64,000 nt of DNA from Antedon mediterranea (taxonomy: Eukaryota > Animalia > Echinodermata): positions 28,827,648 through 28,891,647 of the forward strand of contig NC_092673.1 of assembly GCF_964355755.1 (NCBI RefSeq), given 5' to 3'. The notes under the pieces are model-generated. The model ran no database searches. It had not been told where the DNA came from and saw only the letters and a program-made list of their open reading frames with translations. This document shows positions 25,225 to 37,970 of this stretch, piece by piece. The translations under genes and the position numbers were made by a program. Every line of letters starts with the position of its first letter. Within the stretch, counting starts at the first letter, position 1.

Positions 25225-28200
25225 ATGAAGTGTCCACATCTAAGCAAGTTCGAACCATACACCAAAAGGCAGCTTGCGGTGTTTGCCAACAAAGTAAGGA
25301 AGATGTAACATGAAATTTCGAAATGACTCATTTTTTACTAGCCTACTAACTAAGGCCTAGGCCTAGGCCTAAGTAATAAAAGTAAAAAAAATTATTTCAG
25401 TGTTTCAGTCATTTCTTGGGTGATTTTTCATCAGCGAATTCAATCTATTTGCGATAAACCTTTTATTTAAATAATTTTTTTTTTCAGGGCAAGTGTTCTT
25501 CATGTGAAACAGAAGGACCAAATCTATGGCTGTGTTTACAGGTTTCTCAAAAATTTATTTATTTTAAATATTAAAATATATTTATAATTTTAAAATATAA
25601 GATAAGTAAACAATCTTAACCAACCATGTCTTAATAATAATTTATGTAATAACTTGAACAAATTATTTTTCTGTTTTTTTCTAACCTTACCCTTTGATAC
25701 CTCTTTCTAGATGGGCTGCGGCAACCTAGGCTGTGGCGAGGCTCACTCTGACCACAGTTCAAAACACTCGGAAGACTCTAACCATGCGCTGGCTATTAAT
25801 CTATCCACAATACGTACTTGGTGTAATAATTGTGAGATGGAAGTTCACCCATTTGTTCAATCAACCATAAAGAATAATATCGCTACTTCTGCACGGTCGA
25901 ATGAAAATCAACGAGAGAGGTAAGGCTATCCTTGGCAAATATACAGAATTGTATACAAATTCTCACAGTTTTACAATATTGCAATGCAATATTTTTTTAT
26001 TTCATACACATCCAACAGCAATCACAAACTTGCCAATTACAGGATGGATAAACTATTTAATAATTGAATTATCAATATCATCCTTATAAGGTAAGTCTCA
26101 TTTGAGGCTTAGGGAGTGGAGTTGAAAGAGGCGTGAGTTACAACCCTGGCACTAGGTCAGTAATTAAAGTCCGGACTTTGGGATTGGAAAGCAAGCATGT
26201 TAACCGCCAAGCTACAGCTCCACTACTACTATATTATCACAGTAACCACTTTTTTATTTTGAAGGCTTGTCAAACAACAGCAGCAGCAGAGTGTCTTTCG
26301 TATTGACTCACCAGTCACTCAAGCTGTTACAGAGTTTGAAGACGGTAGGAGTCCACGAGGCCTGACTGGTTTCAGAAATATTGGCAACACTTGTTACCTG
26401 AATGCTGCAGTTCAAGCTCTCTCTAACTGGTACTGTGTTTTTAAATATTTTATATAATGTTAAATATTTTTTATCCATTCTAGTGGTTTCCCATCATTAT
26501 TATAAATAAATAAATCATATTTATCAATAATTCTTAAATAATTTATATGTTTCTTTATACTGAGTGACCTCTTCAGTAAAACAACGTTACCCCAAAGAAT
26601 TAACAAATTCTTTATTCACTGAAGGCAAAATGCTGTCAATGAAATAGCTTACACTATTCAATGATTTACCCCTTGCAGTACAACTTCCAAATCCAGGAGT
26701 ATAAAGCTCTGTCTACACTATAAAACTAGTTTGACAAAAAAGTGTGATGTGCCCAAATATGGTAGTAATGTGACATCATCATGTCCATATATGGACACAT
26801 CACATTTGTTGTCACATCAAGTTTGATAGTGTAGACAGACCTTTAGAAGAGTTTATTGTAGGAGAAATAAGATAATTATTAGCAAGGCAGTGGCGGTTCC
26901 CGGATTGAACTCAGTGTCATTTTGTTGTATTTAATATTTCAGTCCGCCATTTACACATTTTTTCCTGGAGTGTGGAGGCTATGTGAAAACTGAACGGAAG
27001 CCATACATTGCAAAATCTTACCAAAAACTGATGGAAGATGTGTGGGGAAGGAGAAGGTAAATGTTATTTTTTTTCTAAAGCTCTGTCTACACTATCAAAC
27101 TTTATGTAACAAAAAAATGTAATGTGCCCATTTATGGACATAATAATGTCATATGACTACCATATATAAGCATATCACTACCATTTGAGCACATCACACT
27201 TTTTTGTCAAAGTATAGACGAGTTTTGAAGTATCAAAAGTGAACAGCATTCAGTTTCAGAATGTATCATGAGGGATAAATGAATTTTGGCCTTTAACTTT
27301 TTAACTACTGTGCAAAGAAAATTTGCTGATTAATTGGTCATGTTTATGTTTTACTCTGACATAATTGGTACAGTCTCCACCGCTTTCTGTTTAAATCTAA
27401 CTCTAACCATTCGCACAAGATGTATTCTTAATTCATATTTTGTAATGATTATATTTTTTTGTGATATAGACCAAGTCATCTAACACCATCAAGTCTTGTG
27501 AATGGCATCAAGCAAGTATTTCCAATGTTCAAGGGGTTTATACAACAGGTAAATAGATTCCTAAATCTGCAAATTGGGGAGGTTATGCCAGTAGATGGTT
27601 TAAAGCTGTGTCTACACTATCAAACTAGTTTGACAAAAAGAGTTTGATGTGCCCAAATATGGTAGTGATATGACATCATCATGTCCATATATAGGCACAT
27701 CACATTTTTTTGTCACATAAAATTTGATAGTGTAGGCAAGGCTTAAGTCAAATTAATTCACTTGCCATTTTTTTAGGACACTCAAGAATTTCTTCGCTGC
27801 CTAATGGATAGAATACATGAAGAACTTAAGGAACCAATTCCTCCACATTTGTGTGAAAAGGGCGACGATGAAGATGAGCCAAGTGGAATCGTCGAAAAGC
27901 CTGTCACGTCAGAACGTGTCCGCGCCAGATCTTGCAATTCAATCTCACTAACAGAAGAAGAAAAACTAGAGCCCGAATCTGAAGCATCGATGAGAGAGAA
28001 ATCGGTAGGCTCTAGAAGTTCATCTCAAAGCCCACCTCCTGATCGTAGGAAAGGAAATAAGCCACGAAGATCGCGCAAGAGGACGGTGAGTAGAGCAGAA
28101 TCGGACCAAGTTAATAACCCAACAGAAATGAACGGAGGCGACGATGAAGATGGTGATGGAGAACCCATGATAAGGAAGCCAGCAGCACCTGATGTCAATG

Positions 28201-31200
28201 GTTAGATTATTAAACTATTATTTTATCTTAAAGCTCTGTCTACACAATCAAACTTTATGTGACAAAAAAATGTAATGTGCCCATATATGGACACGATAAT
28301 GTCATATCACTACCATATTCGAGCATATCACTACCATATAATTATTTGGGCACATCACACTTTTTTTGTCAAACTAGTTTGATAGTGTAGACAGAGCTTT
28401 AGGAATAAAAAAAAGCTCTGATCTCAAGAAGCAACTTCCATTATAAAACAAATAACAGTACACTCATAGAGATACTAATATACTACTAGAGTGTCAACTA
28501 GGCGACAGCAAAGTTATATGTAAAACATGGCTGTAAGAATTGACTCTCTAGTTTTTAAATACTAACGCTGTTGCGTATGGCCAATCAGTTACCAATCAAC
28601 CCACCTGTACTGTTGCAATGTATTTCTTTATATATTTCTTGCAGTTTTCAAGAAAAGGCCTGTTCAGTATCGTAGCATAGTTTCTGATGTTTTTGATGGA
28701 CGGGTTCTTAGCTCCGTTGTCTGCCTAACATGTGACACGGTAAGTATCAAGAAACTGTACACATTCTTGTTCTAAATGTACTTACTGTATTTATTTTAAA
28801 ATCTTTTTCACTTCGGCCAAAAATTGGATTGAAAAAAAAATGATATACCTGAAAAATCGGTAATTCATACAAAGGAATAATCTGCAAGTATATAATTTCA
28901 TTGTCTGCCATTCCAAAAAAAAAAGAAAACATTAATTTTCTTTAATAAATTTGGTTTATATTTCAGAAATCTAAACGACTTGAAGCATTTCAGGACTTGT
29001 CATTACCTATACCAAGTTAGTGTTGTATGTTTTAATAACGATATTATTCCCATCATCCTTCACAGTCTAGTGATTCTAGTATTATCCATGAATGGTCAAA
29101 GGTTATTGTTAATAAATTAATTTTTTTTAAACAAATTATTTTTTACAACTTTTTAAATTTTTTTATTTAAAACTGACAGTTTTTCATATTTATCGTTCAT
29201 AGTAGGCAAGGAAGACCTAGCCCGCATCCATGCGTCACAACAAAACATGACGAGTAAAGGAATGGTATCGTGTGTAGATACCACCAACTCACAGGGATGG
29301 ACTAGTTGGATGTACAATGTCCTTGTCAAGTGAGACCTATCCACATTATATTAAAACATTCAGCTGTTTCCTTGTCTCAAATTTTCGCCATTTTACCAAA
29401 ATATTGCACTATACCAAGCATCAGATTATGCTTATAACCTTATTATTCAGAATTGTGATAGCTTCTGTAACTACCCCAGATTCTAAATGTTATAGAAAAA
29501 GAGACTGTATTATAGCATATACACAAGAAATATGACTACATAGAATAACTTTTAGTTTTATAACCTAATTTTGGTTACTAAATTTTTTTACAATTAAATT
29601 ATTTTTTTTTGTTGTAGTTGGTTTTGGGGCCCTAAAGTTACATTAGAAGATTGTCTATCCGCCTTTTTCTCATCAGATGAATTGAAAGGTAAGTATGACT
29701 GCCAAGAAATTGACTGCACGATTAAAAATTCCAAATATTGTAACCAGTTACAATACATGTACAGTATATCTACCTAACCCTGAATAAACTGAGTCTTTAT
29801 GTAACAAAAAAAATGTGATGTGCCCATATATGGACATGATGATGTCATATCACTACCATATTTAGGCATATCAATACCATATTTGGGCACATCACACTTT
29901 TTTGTCAAGCTAACTTGATAGTGTAGACAGAGCTTTACACTATAGATAATGTATTTTGTTGAACAAGATCTTTTGTACCGAAAACTGTAAACTTTATTAG
30001 TTGTATACCAAAATAATTATAATAATAAAACAACAAAGTATTATTGTCAATCATTTTATTAATATGATTCATTTTTTTCAGGCGATAATATGTACAGCTG
30101 CGATAAATGCAAAAAGTAAGTTTTCTTTAATTCAATTTCCTGTTGCCTGATTGTATTTTGACATGTTGTCAAATCGAGAAATGTGTATTAATGATTGTTG
30201 AATATAAATATTAAATTGAGCAAAAAAAAAATAATTTTCCAATTAAAGCTATACAATTGTTTACTTTTAACTGTTTCTATGTATATTCCAACAGTGCTTG
30301 TTAAAGTTTTTATTTTTCCAAAATCATTAATTGGACAATTTTTTAAACTATAAACTAATCTAACAACAGGATACTGAGCTTGCTTTGTCATGATAGGAAT
30401 TTGTCAGTCCTTTGATCTTACGTCTGGCTGCGACAAATACCAACAGTACTGTACATATTCTCTGTGGCATGTAGTACCTGTTGAGGGGCGTTGAACCAAT
30501 CGTGTTGTAGCCACAGATACACCCTTTGATATCTGGAGCACAGCATCCTGTTGGTAGATTGCCTTGATATAGTCCATGAAAAGTCTAACTATTAATATTT
30601 GCTTTGACTTTAATCAGACTTAGAAATGGTGTCAAGTATTCCACCCTCACCAGACTACCAGAGGTGCTGTGCATCCATCTAAAGAGGTTCCGGCATGAGT
30701 CTATGACGTCATACTCATCTAAGATCAGCAACTATGTTAAGTATCCTCTTGAAGGACTTGATATTCGAAAGTTTCTGGACAAAGATTGTTCATCAGAGGT
30801 CACCACGTATGACCTCAATGCTGTAATATGCCATCATGGAACAGCAGGGGGTAGGTTTAATAATCAGAATAGCTTTAATGACTTGTTGTACTTTTAGACA
30901 TAATGTATTATGAACCAAAATGTAATGGTTTACATGGCATGTATATACCTCAAGACTTAAGCTCCGTCTACACTATCAAACTAGTTCGACAAAAAAAATT
31001 GTAATGTGCCAAAATATGGTAGTGATATTCCCAAATATGTTAGTGATATGACATAATCATGTCCATATATGGGCACATCACAATTTTTTTTGTCGAACTA
31101 GTTTGATAGTGTAGACAGAGCTTAACATGTAGTTGTTTTTTATCTTTGATAATGACATTATATATTTTAGAATATGCTTATGTCCAAAAGGTCAGCAGAC

Positions 31201-34200
31201 TTAGGTTCACACTAAGCCTAGATTCAGTAGAGTGGCTGGAGAAAAGTGCGAGCATTACATTTTTTATCACATGTAGGCGCTTGGTACAGAATTTAGAATG
31301 AGTATTTGAACACTACACCCAGTCTGACCATCACACCCAATTCCAGGCTCTGTGTGAACAGGACCTTATATACATAAACACAGTATTACCAGTTTCATCA
31401 TCATGTCCATATTTAGGAGGGCATTATACCGCATATGCAATGAATTGGTTAGATGGACAATGGTATGAGTTTGATGATACATTTGTGACAGAAGTGTCTG
31501 AGAGTCAAGTAGCTGATGCTGAAGCTTATGTCTTGTTTTATAAGTAAGTAATTTAGATTTTACCAAAGCATTTTCATTTAAAATAGACTATTCAATGACC
31601 TTACTATTCAATGACCTTACTATTCTGTGATCTTCAAAAAGTAGATTTTCACCCAAATGTCTACAACCATACCACATTGAAATCACCGGTTACCTTTCAA
31701 ACACTGTTGGGCCTAATTAGTATTTGGATGGGAACACCTTGTGTCATACACCTGTGTTTTTCTTTTTAATCATCTTATACTATGCTTTATAAGGTATGCT
31801 TTCATTGTTGTTTACAGAAAACATTCGGATGAAACAATAAAGATGCGAGAAAAAGTTGTAGGCCTATGTGATGAACAAGAGGTAAGATTGATTCCATCAT
31901 AAAAAAAATAATATCTGATTGTACAACTTTACACCCGATTGAAGACCAATTAATAATGTGAACATTTTTGAGAAAATTGTATTGAATGTTTGTCACATCT
32001 GATTAATTACTAATAGATGTTGTTGAATTTTATTTGTGATTGCAAACCTGCAGATGAATTTTTACAATTAATAAATGTTGTTTCAGAGTCTGTTGCATTT
32101 TTACATCTCAAGCCAGTGGTTCAACAAGTTTCAAACGTTTGCAGAGCCTGGTCCAATCACCAATAATGACTTTTTATGCAAGCATGGAGGTAAACTTCCT
32201 TCTATTCACACACTTGTTAGGTTGACTGCAGAACCGCTTTACTACTGGCTTTAAAGTTAATTATACCTATCTTTTGATTAACTAATTCTATTTGTATCTA
32301 TATGTTTTAGGCGTTCCTCCCTGCAAATCTGCTGTAGTAGATGAGCTTGTTACAAAGGTGCCACAAACAGTTTGGGAATGTCTTCAACACAGGTCAATAA
32401 CTTAATTGTAGCATAGTGTTCAGTACAGCTAGTAATTACTGCTCCGTGTCCATGTGTAACCCTTCCTGGCCCATTTGTGGGTGATTTTTTTATCGCAATC
32501 TCTAAAGCCTTGTCTACACTATAGACCATATATAAACATGATGATGTCATATCACTACCATTTTTGGGCATATTATCACAATATTTGAGCACATCACAAT
32601 TTATTTTAAATCTACTTTGATAGTGTAGACAGAGCTTTTACATTTGTTATAATCGCACAAAATATTACTTTCATTAAAATGATTGTTTACCATTAGATAT
32701 GGTGGTGGACCTACGGTGACTCATCTTCATGGTTGTAAGACTTGCCAGGAGGAACTAGATAGGCTACAAAAAAGACTTACAGAAGAAAAACAGACTTTTA
32801 TCAAGGTAAACACATTAATATAGTTTTATTTATATGCCGGCACCTTGTAATTCACGACATCTGATTGGTTAACTGGGCTTTAGTTATTACCATGCTCTTA
32901 CAACTGATTGGATGTGCGTATAAAATAGAGCTATAATAGCTCTATCTTCCTACAGTACCAGAAAGAAAGGGTTTCTCAAAAATCCCAAAATGTTGATTTT
33001 ATGTGACATTTTTATAATCTCCCCAGTTCCATGACAAGTTCCAGGATGAAGTAGATGAGACCAACACAATATATTGTATTAGCCTCAGCTGGTTTAGACA
33101 GTGGGAAAAATTCCTAAACTCAAAATCAACAGGTACAGTAGGAAGAACAATACAGTACTTGTTGAAATAAAGTTTGCGGTACACCACATATATTAGTTCT
33201 GAAAAGAACTGTTGAGTTTCTCAATGTTTTCGATCAATATGCTTTGATCGAAACATCATATTGATCGAAACGTCCAGAAACTCAACAGTTCTTTTCAGAA
33301 CTAATATATGTGGTGTACCGCAAACTTTATATCAGCATTTGATTTCGCCATGCAAACCTTTAAACCATATAATACAGTATTCATTTTTATGGATACACCT
33401 GATTCACCCAAGGGTGTTTTTTTTTTTTAATATAAAAACAAAAGAAATTGTTTAAATATTTTCCAGATTATTCAGATTATTTTTTTCTTCTAATGGCTGC
33501 TACTACTACAGGTATACAACCTTCACTAGTATACAGTCCTAAGATTGGCATTGTCACCTGAATCTATGCTGTCTAAATCTAACCCCAATCAACCTTTACC
33601 GGAGTATCCGACATTCCTATAAAGTTTACTCTAAAAGATAACACAACTATAAAATAAAAAAACTACTACTAAACTATAGATAAAATTAATTCCACAATAA
33701 TATTTAGGTTAGTTGGTAAACTTATTTTAAACAAATTAAGATCTGAAATCTTTCACTAGGCAGTATGAAGGCCTACACAAAGTATAATGTAGCTGGTACT
33801 TCTTCATGATCACTATCTAGCTTACCTAGTACACTACACTAAAACCTTGTATACGCTATAAAACTTTATGTGCCCATATATGGACATGATGATGTCATAT
33901 CATTACCATATTTGGGCATATCGCTACCATATTTAGGCACACTTTTTTGTCAAACTAGTTTGATAGTGTAGTTTTTTTAGTGAGTGTCATCAATTTTTGT
34001 AATTATGTTTTTAGATTTTCCTGAACCACCCGGACCAATTGATAACCGTGCAATATCTGTTTCAAAAGGACGTCATACTAAAGGTAAGAACGGAAATCTT
34101 ATCTTTTCAAAATCATTTTATTATTGAAGTAACTTTAAAATGTGGAGAAAGAAGACAAAATGCATAGTGCTGTCATGGAGATGATTTTACAAATTCTTAT

Positions 34201-34637
34201 CTATTTTGTTATACCTTGCCATGCCCCTTAATTTAGGATGTTTTTTGCTTAAAGTAATGTTGTGTCCAAAGATCTACTTATATCTTTATATTGTAGTTTA
34301 TTGTTTAATTATTGTTTATGTCATGTTCGTTATGTATGCCTTTTTGTTGGAACAATAATTCCACTCTTTTTTTTGCCTTTCAGGAGCTGAAATTGGCCAA
34401 ATTTCCAAAGAAACCTGGGAATACTTACATTCAATCTATGGAGGTGGTCCTGAAGTTATCGAACAACCCAACAATGTAGAGAATGGTACCGATGATGAGG
34501 AGGAGGATGAGGATGAAAAGGAAGAAGATAAAATGAAAGATGCAAGAGGCGATAATGAGACAAAGGATGAGTCATGCTCAGAAGAAGAAATCAATGAAGA
34601 AATTGTTAATAAGGAAAATCAAGATAGTAAGCTATGA
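25225..34637 (+). CDS. USP20: Ubiquitin carboxyl-terminal hydrolase USP20/USP33 (zf-UBP, USP catalytic domain, two DUSP domains, acidic tail), about 877 aa
   Basis: Exons: 25225-25293, 25488-25541, 25711-25919, 26265-26429, 26943-27056, 27470-27548, 27777-28200, 28645-28739, 28967-29015, 29206-29329, 29618-29688, 30082-30115, 30618-30850, 31417-31543, 31818-31881, 32087-32189, 32311-32392, 32697-32805, 33027-33132, 34015-34083, 34384-34637. Motifs: GPNLWLCLQ, Cys box [43 protein letters not shown], His box [22 protein letters not shown]. Probable non-coding first exon ends at the GTGAGT donor near 24979. Confidence 0.95.
33160..33360. mobile_element. Penelope-like terminus in inverted head-to-head arrangement
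   Basis: Inverted arms at about 33161-33247 and 33258-33335. Contains ATATTGATCGAAACGTC and the same tail (GATTTCGCCATGCAAACCTT) as the 16.8-kb copy. Confidence 0.6.
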
Positions 34638-35055
34638 AGTGAATAGTACCAGTGTGACAGTCCTGTTGTACAGAGAAGATGATAATTAAAAGTTTTGTGA
34701 ACTAGAATATTTAAAAGCTAATAATACTAATGCAAATGTTGATAAATTGTTTAAATTGTTGGATACCACAGATTTTTCAATGTTCGCATCATTTTAGTTC
34801 CCTTTTAATTTGAGGTTTGAACCCGTAGCTGTCAATTTGGTCCTTTGGAAAAACAAGTGTATAAAAGTTGAAAAAGAAAACAGGGGTGGATTCAAGGGCC
34901 CCCTCTGGATTTCACAAATTCACTAATGTAATGCAAAAGATATGACATCAAATTAAGCTCCGCACTTCATTTCACTACTTGCAGGCACTGCAGCAGTAAA
35001 TAGTCTAATTCTCATTCTCTCTTCACACAAATGAAAAAATGTCCAACTGATTGAG

Positions 35056-35204
35056 CAGTGGCATAACGCAGGTGAAAAAGGCCCCTGGTTTAGCACTCCT
35101 AAGGCCCTCCAATGCTGGTAGTTGCATTGGGGATACTATTGAGCCCCTTAAACTCTGGGGCTCCTGGGTTTAGGCAGGGAGCGCTCATAGCTGTTACACC
35201 ACTG
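35056..35204. mobile_element. hAT-type MITE, same family as 3210-3397, in the probable USP20 3' UTR
   Basis: CAGTGGCATAAC...GTTACACCACTG; flanks TGATTGAG/TGATTGCA (6/8 match). Confidence 0.75.
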
Positions 35205-35959
35205 TGATTGCATTGTTTGGCTCTGAGAAGATTATACAATTTATTTGAATGAATACTGTAGTATAATCATCAACACAGATATATTTTACTATTGAGTCGT
35301 ATATTTATATTAAATATTATGTATAACATTTTGTGACATTGGTGAATGTTTAAAAATCTGCGAAACCTAAAATAATTAAATTAATTCACAATTTATATCA
35401 ATATCTGTAATGCTTAGTGCTTTCTAGTTTAGTAAGGTTTAATGTTGTTAATCTTATTATCTTTAATATCTGTGCAATGTATATGAAAACAAAACATGTT
35501 TAGATCCATCAAATGAAATTAAAATCACTGTTGGTTGATGAAATAGTTGATGAAAATAAAAGTCTTAAAGTTTATTGTTACAAGGCCTTATTTTGTTTCT
35601 TGTTCATTCAATGTTTATTTCTTTCAAGTTGTATATTAATTTAAAATACGGAATGATTAATTAGCTTTAATCTTGCTTTAAGAAAGTTTTATTGAAAAAG
35701 GTTTATATCTGGTACGAAATTTATTAAATTCCGATAGTACAGTGTATTACAACTTTTGCTACTTTTAAAACTTTTAAACAGAACAGCGCCATCTATTTTT
35801 TAACAAGGTTCCTTCAATTCTTGGTATCATTTTCCGCTCGCTCAGGAGGTATATTCAGAACGTCATTCTGACGACTGGAGCGTTCTCTACTTCTGTACGG
35901 AGCGCCATTTATGCCTTTATTAACTTCAGATATAGTATAGAATAGAAATAGTACTACGG

Positions 35960-36550
35960 TAACTGGTCCAGTGGATCAAATTTGGCACCGGTGGAGCACA
36001 GTGATATAGAATAGAAATAAGTCACTAATTTAAATACATTTTCGTATGTTAATACACTGTGCTCAAGTGGACCCAATTTGGCACAAGAGGAGCACAGTGA
36101 TATAAAATAGAAATAAAATCACTAAAAATGTTTTCTCATTCGTATGTTAGTACACTGTGCTCAAGTGGACCCAATTTGGCGCCAGTGGAGCACAGCGATA
36201 TAAGAGAAATAAAGTCACTAAATGTTAATATCTTTTCGTATGTTAATAAACTGTGCTCAAGTGGACTAATTTGAAACTAGGGGAGCAAAGTGATCTAAAA
36301 TGGAATTAAGTTACTGAACTTTAATATCTTTCCGTATATGTACTGTGCTAAAGTGGACCCAATTTAGCGCCAGTGGAGCACAGATAACAAGGAAATAAAT
36401 AATATTAAGTTGTTTGTATTTTAATACACTGTGCTCATGTGAACCCAATTTGGTGGTAGTGGAGCACAGTAATAAAATAAAAATAAGTGACTGCATTTTT
36501 TCAATAACTGCAATATTTTTTCGTATTTTAATACACTGTGCTCAGTGGAT
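35960..36550. repeat. Subterminal tandem array of ~90-100-bp units containing CTGTGCTC...GAGCACAG inverted motifs
   Basis: CTGTGCTCAAGTGGACCCAATTTGGC...GGAGCACAG recurs near 36057, 36155, 36251, 36343, 36429 and 36536. One inverted unit lies in the right TIR (39905-39953). Confidence 0.85.
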
Positions 36551-37577
36551 ATGAAATAGAACCCTCAAAATATCTCTCTTTCAAAAACGTAGAAGTTCGA
36601 ACCCAGAGGTTAGAGCACTCAAACCTAAGCATTACACTACACGTTGCGCCACAAAGTAGTACATGACTGAACAGCTGATAATAGTCTATTTATACGTGTA
36701 TTACGTAATCATCATCATCATCTTTTTTAGGTTTTATGGCAGTCTATTTAATGGATAAATGAATGCCATCCAACTTTGTTTCTGATTTTTAAAAAGTCCA
36801 CTTGTTTTGGCCTAGGCCTGACATTTCCAACACTTTAAATATCTCTATTTCAAAATAAAAGAAAAAAATATTAATATTCTATTTAAAAACAAATACAGTA
36901 TAAGAGAGGTTCGAACCCACTCTAGAGCTGAGAGCACTCAAACCTGAGAATTGCTTGAAACGACCCCAAAAGGCTGTTAATTTAGGGTAATATAATGTAA
37001 AAGATTAACAACATCAAAATTCAACTGTGGCGTGTTGACCGCGAATTACTGACAATACCATCTTCCCCCCTACACCTGCACAAACTCATTTGCATAACAA
37101 CGCCGACATACCAAACTACGATGAGATAATTCTTTTCTAAACACGTAACGACGAGAATTCGAATTCCATTTTTTCTGACATTAAAATTATTAGTCATTCG
37201 TGGCGGTCAACTTTTGATGTTGTTAATCTTATTATATTACCTTAAATTAACTTGACTCTCTAAATATGTCTTTTCAAAATAAAAGAAAAACATTTTATAT
37301 TTATTAAAAGAAAAAAGAAATCCGCAGAGATTTGAACCCCTGCTAGTAGAGCTGAGAGAATCCATCCAACTATAGTTACTAGAGCACAACCTGTTATGCC
37401 ACAATGTACACAAGTAATTAAGGGTGACAATAGTACAGACTTAAACGTGCTTCATATTACATTGTATGGCTGGTCCTGAAGACTTATATATTTCGTTTTA
37501 TAATTTCCGGGGAATAAGCTTTCATTCTTAGCTCTGCCCCAACCATGGTGAGCTTAACAAAAAAAAACAATATTCAT

Positions 37578-37705
37578 AAAAAAAAGTATCCGTCGAGGTT
37601 CGAACCCCAGCTGATAGCACTCAAAACTGAGCATTACCCGTTGCACCACAAACTGGAACATGACTGAACAGCTGACAATAGTCTATTTATACGTGTATTA
37701 CGTAA
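37578..37705 (-). ncRNA. Putative Pol III transcription cassette (tRNA-derived, about 80 nt); paralogues at 36583-36708 and 39336-39461, degenerate ones at 36905-36955 and 37310-37460
   Basis: Minus strand: TTACGTAA, TATAAATA, then TGGTGCAACGG (A box), GGTTCGAAC (B box), T7-8 run. No expression evidence. Confidence 0.4.
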
Positions 37706-37753
37706 TTCATCATTACGTCGTAAATATCCTATTAACCTTGCTAAAACCAAAAT

Positions 37754-37970
37754 GATCAGTTAGCTCAGTCGTCTGAGCGTCGTGTTAACACACGTATGTC
37801 GTGGGTTCGATTCCCACGCTGGTCGGTGGAATAGAGTTAAGGCTATGCGAGCCACTGTGTTTGGGGTTCACAGATCATACGTCCCCCTTTCCACCACACA
37901 TCATGAGGCGACAACATCAATGCATCTGGTGATGTGGTGGAAACGACCCCAAAAGGCTGTGGCAGGGCCT
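37754..37970 (+). mobile_element. SINE with tRNA-Ile(AAT)-like head (37754-37825), not a functional tRNA
   Basis: GATCAGTTAGCTCAGTCGTCTGAGCGTCGTGTTAACACACGTATGTCGTGGGTTCGATTCCCACGCTGGTCG folds as a cloverleaf, but the D-loop lacks GG and the anticodon loop is 6 nt. It is followed by a non-tRNA body with no T-run. Confidence 0.7.

Noticed and set aside
35960-36550. CRISPR-like repeat/spacer array
   Set aside because: Intervening segments are homologous to each other and no cas genes are present; these are transposon subterminal repeats.
37754-37825. Functional tRNA gene
   Set aside because: D-loop lacks GG, anticodon loop is 6 nt, there is no terminator, and it continues into a SINE-like body.
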